Shown here: in pieces, positions 19,550 to 28,807 of the stretch | Numbering within the stretch: the stretch's first letter is position 1 | Layout: every line of letters starts with the position of its first letter | DNA from: an uncultured bacterium | Lineage (GTDB): Bacteria; Fidelibacterota; Marinisomatia; SCGC-AAA003-L08; JACNLC01 | NCBI GenBank assembly: GCA_964527215.1 | Contig: CAZGNZ010000001.1 | Location: 129,276 to 193,275, forward strand | DNA: 64,000 bases | Direction: 5' to 3' | Translations under genes and position numbers: made by a program | Notes under the pieces: model-generated | Database searches by the model: none | Told to the model about the DNA's origin: nothing | What the model saw: only the letters and a program-made list of their open reading frames with translations

Positions 19550-22500
19550 CCGTCTTCTGCCAACTGACCACTTTCCAGGTCCATTCAGCCGCGCCCTATT
19601 GGGAAGTCCAACTCAACGACTCAACCAGTCGATCACACCCCGCCAGCGAAACCCCGTTCTACTAAAATACTATTTCACCAAGTCCCCACGTCCACCCATC
19701 CCAAACCCCCACCCACCTCCGGGGAATACGCCATATGGCAGAGGCATTCAGGATGCAGCTATCCCCGTCCAACAGCAGACTTCTGCCGGAGAAAAAATGT
19801 ATTCGAGTACTCTCCTGTACTATTACTATGCGTTCTGAACGATAATTCGGACGGCAAACGTTGGTAAATGGGTAATAGCATCTTGGGAATTGGTCATCAC
19901 GGACTGCAATCCCGACTGACGGTTGACCACTTTCCAGGTCCACTCAGCTGCGCCCTATTGGGAAGTCCAACTCAACGACTCAACAGTCGATCACACCCCG
20001 CCAGCGAAACCCCATTCGACCATTATACCATTCTACGATTACACCAATATCCACCTCGACACCATCCGGTTAGGGCAGCCTTACTCAACGACTCAACCCT
20101 TACATCATTTTACCAAGTCCCCACATCCACCCATCCCAAACCCCCACCCACCTCCGGGGAATACGCCATATGGCAAGGATTCAGGATATAGCTATCCCCG
20201 TCCAACAGCAGACTTCTGCCGGAGAAAAAAATGTATTCGAGCACTCTTCTGTATTATTACTATGCATTCTGAACGATAATTCGGACGGAAATCGACCTGG
20301 AGTTGGAACAGGAAATCCGAAATTTGAAATTGGAAAGTCACAATCAAGGGCATACGACTGACAACTGACGACTTACCATTCCTGCAAAACAGTATAATGC
20401 CAGAAAGCCTAAATCAGCCACTTCACCATCTCACTACTCAACGACACCCAGCTGGGAAACCCGACTCGACTACTCAACCTGTTTCTATCCGTTGCACCCC
20501 TTCAGGGTTCTTCCGTAATTCTATCCGGTTCCCGGGGCGATGCCCCGGGCTGGCGTATTTCAGCCCCTTCAGGGCTGTGGATCTGGATTAACCAAATGGT
20601 CTGTGGAACCACAGATTGAAGATTTTTCTCGAGATTCCCCATCCCAAACCCCCACCCACCTCCGGGGAATACGCCATATGGCAAGAGTTCTGGATATAGC
20701 AATCCCAAGTCCAACAGCAGACTTCTGCCGGAGAAAAAAATGTATTTGAGCACTCTCCTGTATTATTACTATGCATTCTGAACGATAGTTCGGACGGAAA
20801 TCGTTGGTAAATGGGTAAAAGTATATTGGTCATTGGTCATCATGGACTGCAATCCCGACTGCCAACTGACGACTTTTCAAGTCCACTCAGACGCGCCCTA
20901 TTGGGTAGCCCAACTCAACAGCTCAAACAGTCGGTCGCACCCTGCCAGTGAAACCCCATTCGACCATAATACCATTACACGATTACACCAATATCCACCT
21001 CAACCACACCCAGCCAGAAAGACTTTCTCAACGACATAGCGACTCAAACAATCAACTAATGCACCATTATACTACTTCACCAAGTCCCCACGTTCACCCA
21101 TCCCAAACCCCCACCCACCTCCGGGGATTATGCCATTTGGCAGGGGCATTCAGGATGCAGCTATCCCCGTCCAACAGCAGACTTCTGCCGGAGAAAAAAT
21201 GTATTCGAGTACTCTCCTGTACTATTACTATGCGTTCTGAACGATAATTCGGACGGCAAACGTTGGTAAATGGGTAATAGCATCTTGGGAATTGGTCATC
21301 ACGGACTGCAATCCCGACTGACGGTTGACCACTTTCCAGGTCCACTCAGCTGCGCCCTATTGGGAAGTCCAACTCAACGACTCAACAGTCGATCACACCC
21401 CGCCAGCGAAACCCCATTCGACCATTATACCATTCTACGATTACACCAATATCCACCTCGACCACACCCAGCCAGAAAGACTTTCTCAACAACATAGCGA
21501 CTCAAACAATCAACTGATGCACCATTATACTATTTCACCAAGTCCCCACGTCCACCCATCCCAAACCCCCACCCACCTCCGGGGAATACGCCATATGGCA
21601 AGGATTCAGGATATAGCTATCCCCGTCCAACAGCAGACTTCTGCCGGAGAAAAAAAAGTATTCGAGTACTCTCCTGTACTATTACTATGCGTTCTGAACG
21701 ATAATTCGGACGGAAATCGACCTGGAGTTGGAACAGGAAATCCGAAATTTGAAATTGGAAAGTCACAATCAAGGGCATACGACTGACAACTGACGACTTA
21801 CCATTCCTGCAAAACAGTATAATGCCAGAAAGCCTAAATCAGCCACTTCACCATCTCACTACTCAACGACACCCAGCTGGGAAACCCGACTCGACTACTC
21901 AACCTGTTTCTATCCGTTGCACCCCTTCAGGGTTCTTCCGTAATTCTATCCGGTTCCCGGGGCGATGCCCCGGGCTGGCGTATTTCAGCCCCTTCAGGGC
22001 TGTGGATCTGGATTAACCAAATGGTCTGTGGAACCACAGATTGAAGATTTTTCTCGAGATTCCCCATCCCAAACCCCCACCCACCTCCGGGGAATACGCC
22101 ATATGGCAAGGATTCAGGATATAGCTATCCCCGTCCAACAGCAGACTTCTGCCGGAGAAAAAAATGTATTCGAGCACTCTTCTGTATTATTACTATGCAT
22201 TCTGAACGATAATTCGGACGAATATCGTTGGTAAATGGGTAATAGAATCTTGGTAATTGGTCATCACGGACTGCAATCCCGACTGACGACTGACCACTTT
22301 CCAGGTCCACTCACATGCGCCCTATTGGGAAGTCCAACTCAACAGCTCAACCAGTCGATCACACCCTGCCAGCGAAACCCCGTTCGACCATAATACCATT
22401 ACACGATTACACCAATATCCACCTCAACCACACCCAGCCAGAAAGACTTTCTCAACGACATAGCGACTCAAACAATCAACTAATGCACCATTATACTACT

Positions 22501-22765
22501 TCACCAAGTCCCCACGTTCACCCATCCCAAACCCCCACCCACCTCCGGGGATTATGCCATTTGGCAGGGGCATTCAGGATGCAGCTATCCCCGTCCAACA
22601 GCAGACTTCTGCCGGAGAAAAAAATGTATTTGAGCACTCTCCTGTATTATTACTATGCATTCTGAACGATAATTCGGACGGAAATCGTTGGTAAATGGGG
22701 AAAAGTATATTGGTCATTGGTTATCACGGACTGCAATCCCGACTGACGACTGACCACTGACCTAA
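19550..22765. repeat. Non-coding higher-order tandem repeat array of about 3.2 kb: seven units of about 435-507 bp with a super-period of about 1425 bp
   Basis: The conserved core (…CACCAAGTCCCCACGTCCACCCATCCCAAACCCCCACCCACCTCCGGGGAATACGCCATATGGCA…CCAACAGCAGACTTCTGCCGGAGAAAAAA…TTCTGAACGATAATTCGGACGG…GGACTGCAATCCCGACTGAC) recurs. Its C-tract anchors are at 19695, 20130, 20637, 21097, 21555, 22062 and 22521. Blocks 19861-20058 and 21263-21460, and 20285-20690 and 21715-22110, are essentially identical pairs. ORFs inside are low-complexity, and their frames are not conserved between copies. Confidence 0.9.
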
Positions 22766-22814
22766 TTCCTACCGAGCAACTGTATCGCTGTATTAAATTT
22801 ATCGACTATTTTTT

Positions 22815-24389
22815 ATGCAGATTTATCAAATCCTCATCATCCCGTTTTTGTTGACGATGATCCTGATGCCCGTGGGAGTTCGCTTCTTTCACTATTTGGA
22901 TATGCTGGATCATCCCGATACACGTAAAGTCCACGACCGGCCGGTTGCAAGCAGCGGCGGTATAATATTTTATATATCTTTTCTATTGTCTCTGCTCTAT
23001 TTCGTGGAGGTGGATACCGTCATCAAATCCTATCTGATGGGTGTTTCATTTCTCGTTGTTATCGGACTGGCAGATGATATCCGTCCATTATCACCTAACT
23101 ATAAATTTCTGGCCCAAATCGTGGCTGCATTCATTTTTTTGGCACTGACCAGACTCCATACAACGATTCCATATCTTGAACAATATCATACAATATCATT
23201 TCTGATCTGCCTGATATTTATTGTTGGCATCACCAATTCCATTAATCTTATAGATGGCCTGGACGGCCTTGCATCAGGAATTGCAATTATTGCTGCGGCC
23301 ACCCTGTCCCTGTTTTTCATCCAGTCCAGCTACTTCCCGGTGTTTCTGATTCTGATCGCGGTTGTATTCGGATTCCTGAGGGCAAATACATTCCCGGCCC
23401 TTATTTTCATGGGCGACAGCGGCAGTTACTTCCTGGGATATACCCTGGCCGTATTCAGCCTCGTTGGTGTCTCAGGTGAACTTGTTCCAGTCTGGCTGCC
23501 GTTTGTGATCCTGTTTATCCCCATTTTTGACACCTCATCTGTGTTCATTAAACGATTAGTAGAACATCGCCATATCTTCCTGCCTGATAAAAACCATATC
23601 CACCATCGAATTCAAGCAGCCGGCATATCTCATAAAAATACTGTGTTCCTGCTGTATTCATTTAAAATGGTCTTTGCCGTCAGTGCAATCCTACTTAGTA
23701 TTGGAAGTAATCGTTATCTATATATAACTATTGCACTTCTATTTTTGCTAACCTTTCAGCATATTCTGCTGATTCTTCGGGAAGATCTTAAAATCATCCA
23801 GCGACTGCATAATTCATTCTATCTGAATATTTTTTCCCGTTTCCCGATTTTACAAAGAGCATATGTATATTATTTTCTCCTGCTGCTCATAATCCTGTCG
23901 CTGATCTGTGTTTTTTCTGCCCGAATGATGGCACCGGTAGATATTGGACTGATATTCATCGCAATTGTAACGGCCTTTCTTTTTATTCTGGATAACAACG
24001 CCGGTCGCAGCACGAATGTGAGTATCGGCATGATCGTCCTTTCCGGCTTCATTCTGGTATTTTCTGATTTCTCAAAAATAATGATAGGACCTTGGCCGCT
24101 GAGTGATATCGTCTGGCTGCTCATGCTGACCGGAATACTGTTTTCATCCATGGGCATGTTTAAAACACGGCATTTTTTTGATTCTCCCACTGAATATCTC
24201 CTTACCATCGTGCTGCTGATATATTCCCTCAATCCCGATTCGATGGAGATCGCAGCCATCATGATAAGGCTGATTATCCTCTTTCTGGCCTATAAAATTC
24301 TGCTGCAGGATGAATATGTCAGGAGGAACAATGTGATATACGTGATAAATATTCTTACTCTGTGTCTAATGGTGCTGAACTATGTATAA
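22815..24389 (+). CDS. Undecaprenyl-phosphate sugar-1-phosphate transferase (WecA/MraY, GT4 polyprenyl-phosphate family) with an extra C-terminal membrane domain
   Basis: …HPDTRKVHDRPVASSGGI…NSINLIDGLDGLASG…IFMGDSGSYFLGY…HHIHHR… are canonical WecA/MraY-family motifs. Residues ~340-524 add further TM helices not needed for the core fold. Confidence 0.85.
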   Translation: MQIYQILIIPFLLTMILMPVGVRFFHYLDMLDHPDTRKVHDRPVASSGGIIFYISFLLSLLYFVEVDTVIKSYLMGVSFLVVIGLADDIRPLSPNYKFLAQIVAAFIFLALTRLHTTIPYLEQYHTISFLICLIFIVGITNSINLIDGLDGLASGIAIIAAATLSLFFIQSSYFPVFLILIAVVFGFLRANTFPALIFMGDSGSYFLGYTLAVFSLVGVSGELVPVWLPFVILFIPIFDTSSVFIKRLVEHRHIFLPDKNHIHHRIQAAGISHKNTVFLLYSFKMVFAVSAILLSIGSNRYLYITIALLFLLTFQHILLILREDLKIIQRLHNSFYLNIFSRFPILQRAYVYYFLLLLIILSLICVFSARMMAPVDIGLIFIAIVTAFLFILDNNAGRSTNVSIGMIVLSGFILVFSDFSKIMIGPWPLSDIVWLLMLTGILFSSMGMFKTRHFFDSPTEYLLTIVLLIYSLNPDSMEIAAIMIRLIILFLAYKILLQDEYVRRNNVIYVINILTLCLMVLNYV

Positions 24390-25932
24390 ACTTTTTCCAA
24401 AATCAATCACCCCGATCATCGGCCTTGCGGCATTTTTGCTTCAGCTTTGCATTGCGCAGGGATTGGCCACGGATTTGACTGATTCGGAACTTTCCCGGAT
24501 GACGGCTCAGTCAATCAAAGCTGGACATATTGATCCAGGCATGTTTCTGTTTCCGGTGCGGGAGGCTGCACCGCGTCCTCGAATACTGAATCTTATGAAA
24601 AATTATTCGACGTTGATTCGTGTGGAACCGGTCTTGGGAATCAGATACAGCACTGTTGGATTCGAACTCTTTCCCGATTATACACCTGGCAGCGTGCTCT
24701 GGGTAACACCGGGGGTGCGATTGGAAACCTCGATGCCTGTGATCAGTCCCATGAGCGGTTGGTGGGTTACTGCATGGGCGCGCTTCAACAAGCATTCTGC
24801 GTTTGGGTTTGATGGAGAATCTCCCCCCGAAGGTCTGCAGATTGCGCCGTTCAATCCGGATATCTCATATGGTTTTTATACGGAAGCCCAGGAACCGGAC
24901 AATGGAGTTGATTTCGACGAGGGAGAGGGCGGTATCGCGTTGATGAGTGCGAATTTTGACCTGACATTGGGGAAATTCCGCAGTGGTTTCGGACCCTCGC
25001 CACGCAGCAATCTTGCCTTTTCCAGCAAAGGACCGGGCATGACCCAGATTCGACTTCATTCTGTATTTCATGATAGAATCCATTTTACCTGGCACGCAGC
25101 AGAACTGCAGTCGGAAGTGATTGATACAGCAGCCACAGAAAGCAGCTATATCAGTGATACCGGATTTAGACGGGATGTGTACAAAAAACGCTATTTGTGC
25201 AATCACCGTTTTGATTTCCTTTTCACTGAAAATTTTCGGCTCGGTCTGTATGAACAGGTAATCTTTGGCGGACGGGCGTTTCCCTTGGATTACGCCATTC
25301 CTGTCGTTCCTCTGTGGTCTGTCCAGCATGCACTTGGTGATCTCGACAACATGCAGATGGGTCTGGATCTGGAATGGCTTGTCAGTGACACCAGAATATA
25401 CGGCTCGCTGATGATGGATGAATGGGCGCCCTATGATACATTTGATTCTTCCGAAAATCACAACTGGTTCAGCGGTCAGGTGGGAGTGATGAAGGTCTTT
25501 CAGCTGTTCAGTCGATTAATTATGCTTCATGGAGAATACAGCTGGGCTGATCCACGGGCATATATTCATCGATATGAAGTTAATCAGCCTTATCACCACA
25601 GATACCCGGTCGGCTTGTGGACCGGAGGGAATGCAGATGATGTGTTCTTATCCCTGCAGACCTGGTTTGATCGAAACGGCTGTCTGCAGCTGTCCTGCTC
25701 CCGCAGCCGATTGGGCAAACAGGATGTACTGGAAGTTTATGGGCCGGAGATTCCTGGGTTTTTGGATGGTGAGATTCAGAAAAGAGAAACGATTCAGCTA
25801 AAGTATACGGTTCCGGTGATGTCGGTGCTGTTTATGGAACTGCAGCTGAATGACGTTTCCACACATAGAATATATAAGGACGATCATTTCACTGATGTAT
25901 CACTGTCGATGATGGTGAATCTGGCCTACTGA
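24382..25932 (+). CDS. Secreted protein, possible outer-membrane beta-barrel (Wzi-like capsule-assembly candidate)
   Basis: It has a signal peptide (MYKLFPKSITPIIGLAAFLLQLCIAQG) and an aromatic/Gly-rich alternating sequence. It overlaps the wecA-like stop by 8 nt. The family call is tentative. Confidence 0.35.
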   Translation: MYKLFPKSITPIIGLAAFLLQLCIAQGLATDLTDSELSRMTAQSIKAGHIDPGMFLFPVREAAPRPRILNLMKNYSTLIRVEPVLGIRYSTVGFELFPDYTPGSVLWVTPGVRLETSMPVISPMSGWWVTAWARFNKHSAFGFDGESPPEGLQIAPFNPDISYGFYTEAQEPDNGVDFDEGEGGIALMSANFDLTLGKFRSGFGPSPRSNLAFSSKGPGMTQIRLHSVFHDRIHFTWHAAELQSEVIDTAATESSYISDTGFRRDVYKKRYLCNHRFDFLFTENFRLGLYEQVIFGGRAFPLDYAIPVVPLWSVQHALGDLDNMQMGLDLEWLVSDTRIYGSLMMDEWAPYDTFDSSENHNWFSGQVGVMKVFQLFSRLIMLHGEYSWADPRAYIHRYEVNQPYHHRYPVGLWTGGNADDVFLSLQTWFDRNGCLQLSCSRSRLGKQDVLEVYGPEIPGFLDGEIQKRETIQLKYTVPVMSVLFMELQLNDVSTHRIYKDDHFTDVSLSMMVNLAY

Positions 25933-25965
25933 TGAGGGCGGGAAATGCAGCAGAAGATCAGCGGG

Positions 25966-26105
25966 ATTGAATCCGCCATTTGGCGTGGCGGTGATATATA
26001 TCATGAACCGATCGATTACTGATACCTCACCCGTCAGCTGACGGGCGATGAAATTCATTGAAAATTCATTATCGTAACAGAGTTCTCATGAAATATTCGA
26101 GGTAG
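25966..26105 (+). repeat. REP-like hairpin element, copy 1
   Basis: AATCCGCCATTTGGCGTGGCGG (hairpin) …CCGATCGATTACTGATACC.CACCCGTCAGCTGACGGG (16-nt perfect palindrome) CG.(G)GAAATTCAT, followed by a …TCTCATGAAA… module. Homologous copies lie at 45284-45530 (inverted) and 54827-55091. Confidence 0.8.
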
Positions 26106-26438
26106 TATCACCCGCTGCATGGATACATCGGACCTAAATTGAAGTTGACGACGTGTACTTCCGCGTTGAACATCATTATATTGAACTCTCCATATTCGAT
26201 GACAAAAAACCATATTTACCCAACTTAATACCGAATCAAAATCCGCCGCGCTGATCTATTTTTCGGCCCCGAGAATGTGATCCCACTGTAACCATTTTTA
26301 AAATCCACGCAGTATCCGCAGACGGGTATTTTGGTTTGTTCGTTCTGCATTCGGTGTGCCGTCTCCTTTTCATCATAATCACTTGGGGAAGGTTTTTTAA
26401 TCCCGTTAAATTCTATGACTGTTTAAGGAAGGAAAACG

Positions 26439-27710
26439 ATGCTCTCAATAAAGTACATCCGTGAAAATCTTGAGTTTGTTTCGCAGGCGTGCCGTGCGAA
26501 AAAGATGGAAGTTGATCTGGACAATCTGATAAAACTGGATTCTGACCGCCGCAATACCATTGTAGAAGTTGAGGAGTTGAAGGCGCGGCGCAATAAAGCC
26601 ACTGCATCCATATCTGAGAAAAAACGTGCGGGTGAGGATGCCGGTGAAGCCATCATGGCCATGCGGGAGATTTCATCAAGGATAAAGGAAATGGATGATG
26701 CCCTGCGTCAGACTGAGGAGAATTTGAACGAAGCATTGTTGTGGGTACCCAATATTTTCCACGAATCGGTTCCTATTGGAGCAGATGAATCTGCAAACCG
26801 ATTTGAACATGACTGGGGGAAAAAACCGACATTTGATTTTGAACCACAGTTCCATTTGGATTTGGCTGAAAAGCTGCAGCTTCTGGATTTCCGCCGCAGT
26901 GCAAAAATGTCTGGTGCCGGATTCCCCTTGTACACCGGTGCCGGTGCCCGCCTTGAGAGAGCCCTGATCAACTTCATGCTGAATTTCCATCAGGATAATC
27001 ACGACTATCTGGAACTTTTTCCACCCTTCCTTACCACTCGAGATGCAACCCGAACCACTGGACAGCTGCCTAAATTCGCCGAAGACATGTATCATTCTCC
27101 GGTTGATGATCTGTTCTGTATATCAACCGCAGAAGTACCGGTAACCAATATGCATCGTGATGAAATTATTCCTGAAAGCGACATGCCAAGAAAATACATG
27201 GCCTACAGCGCCTGTTTCAGAAGGGAAGCAGGTTCCCATGGAAAAGACACCCGCGGCCTGTTGCGAGTGCACCAGTTTAACAAAGTGGAACTGGTGAAGT
27301 TTGTTACTCCTGAAACATCATTTGAAGAGCTGGAGGGACTGAGACAGGATGCTGAAGAAATTCTGAAAGCGCTGGGTCTGCATTACCGGGTAATTTCCCT
27401 GTGCACCGGCGATCTGTCTTTTTCAGCTGCCAAATGCTATGATCTTGAAGTCTGGGCACCCGGAACCGGCAAGTTTTTGGAGGTTTCCAGCTGCAGTAAC
27501 TTCCTTGATTTCCAGGCCCGGCGCGGGAATATACGCTACCGACGAAAATCCGATAACAAGGTGGACTTTGTTCATACCCTGAATGGATCCGGAGTGGCCA
27601 CTCCCCGGCTGATGGTTGCGCTGCTTGAAACGTATCAACAGGCCGATGGCAGTGTGATACTGCCTGAACCGCTGCAGCCGTATATGGGTATAGATATACT
27701 TAAGCCATGA
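26439..27710 (+). CDS. serS: Seryl-tRNA synthetase
   Basis: MLSIKYIRENLEFV… begins the coiled-coil arm, followed by class II motifs (…FRREAGSHGKDTRGLLRVHQFNKVE…GSGVATPRLMVALLE…). Confidence 0.95.
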   Translation: MLSIKYIRENLEFVSQACRAKKMEVDLDNLIKLDSDRRNTIVEVEELKARRNKATASISEKKRAGEDAGEAIMAMREISSRIKEMDDALRQTEENLNEALLWVPNIFHESVPIGADESANRFEHDWGKKPTFDFEPQFHLDLAEKLQLLDFRRSAKMSGAGFPLYTGAGARLERALINFMLNFHQDNHDYLELFPPFLTTRDATRTTGQLPKFAEDMYHSPVDDLFCISTAEVPVTNMHRDEIIPESDMPRKYMAYSACFRREAGSHGKDTRGLLRVHQFNKVELVKFVTPETSFEELEGLRQDAEEILKALGLHYRVISLCTGDLSFSAAKCYDLEVWAPGTGKFLEVSSCSNFLDFQARRGNIRYRRKSDNKVDFVHTLNGSGVATPRLMVALLETYQQADGSVILPEPLQPYMGIDILKP

Positions 27711-28462
27711 TGCGGATCATCAAAACCGTTTGGGGTATCCTGAATCTGATTGCAGCAACGATCATCGGCGCAATACTGGTACTGATTGTTGGCTCATTTG
27801 ATCGAAAAAAGTCGATCACCGGAATCATTCCCCGTCTGTGGGCCAGATGGATACTGGGCAGTGTCGGTATTCGGTACAGAGTACATGGTCTGGAAAACCT
27901 AAAGCCTGGGAATAAATACATTTTCTGTGGAAATCATGAAAGTGCTATGGACATTCCTGTTGCTTTTGCGGCACTTCCGTACAATATTGTATTTCTGGCC
28001 AAAAAAGAATTGTTCCGGATTCCCTTATTCGGCTGGGGGATGCGGGCGGCAGGAATGGTACGCGTGAACCGGCAGAACCGAAAAAAGGCCAAAGAGTCAG
28101 TTAATTCTGCATTGAAGTATATTCATAGCAGGAACATCAATATCATCGTATATCCTGAAGGCACTCGTTCTTTTGACGGCAACCTACTGCCTTTCAAACG
28201 CGGCAGTTTCCTGCTTGCAATCCAATCCTGCCTGCCGCTTGTGCCTGTCACCATCATCGGTTCCAGAATCGTTGTCCCCAAAAAATCCATTCTGATCAAC
28301 CGCGGCAGTATCGATTTGTATATTGATAAGCCCATCGAAACAGTTGATCTGACAATTGAAGACCGATACGACCTTCAGGAAAAAACCCGGAGTATCATTC
28401 AAAATCGGAAAGACATTGCTGCCAACGGAATTCCGGTTTCCCATGAAAAGAATGGTTCGTGA
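27707..28462 (+). CDS. plsC: 1-acyl-sn-glycerol-3-phosphate acyltransferase
   Basis: It has an N-terminal TM, the HX4D motif (CGNHESAMD), and …VYPEGTRS…. Confidence 0.85.
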   Translation: MMRIIKTVWGILNLIAATIIGAILVLIVGSFDRKKSITGIIPRLWARWILGSVGIRYRVHGLENLKPGNKYIFCGNHESAMDIPVAFAALPYNIVFLAKKELFRIPLFGWGMRAAGMVRVNRQNRKKAKESVNSALKYIHSRNINIIVYPEGTRSFDGNLLPFKRGSFLLAIQSCLPLVPVTIIGSRIVVPKKSILINRGSIDLYIDKPIETVDLTIEDRYDLQEKTRSIIQNRKDIAANGIPVSHEKNGS

Positions 28463-28807
28463 CCTGAAATCCATATTTATAACCATTGCGGACCTGTCCC
28501 CGCTATCTGTCACATGACCGGTGACTGATTCACACTTCCCACCGCCGACAGCAACAATTCTCTCAGGGAATTAATTCGTGTATATCCTCAAGCAGTTTGG
28601 AATCCACTTTGTTTCGAAAGTCCACTCTCGATGCTCCTGCTGCCGATTTTTCCCGGAAAAACACATTTAACAAAATCAGTCAGCTTGTATCTGCCTGACC
28701 GTTGTTCTGTCCGGTTCGATCAGAAGGGTAAGTTCAAATTGAAAGTCCGACGGTAACGGTTTGCATGTTATCCATTTAATGTGCCGTGACTCATAGTATA
28801 AACAGGT

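Noticed and set aside
19599-22665. About 20 ORFs of 60-153 aa on both strands inside the tandem array, for example 21325-21786 (153 aa) and 19923-20279 (118 aa).
   Set aside because: The peptides are low-complexity (P/H/T/S/Q-rich). The reading frames are not preserved between otherwise near-identical repeat copies. There are no Shine-Dalgarno signals and both strands are 'open'. This is the behaviour of repeat DNA, not of genes.
19550-22765. Possibility that the repeat region is a CRISPR array.
   Set aside because: The units are 435-507 bp and contiguous, with no alternation of short (25-40 nt) repeats and unique spacers. No cas genes are in the window.
28463-28807. The 345-bp gene-free gap between plsC and the DUF2851 gene, and the 506-bp gap at 25933-26438, as possible ncRNA genes (SRP RNA, 6S, riboswitch, tRNA).
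   Set aside because: I could not find any diagnostic conserved motif (no tRNA T-loop GGTTCGAATCC-type box, no SRP GGAA/AGCA domain IV signature) or convincing extended structure by eye. This needs an Infernal scan rather than a call.
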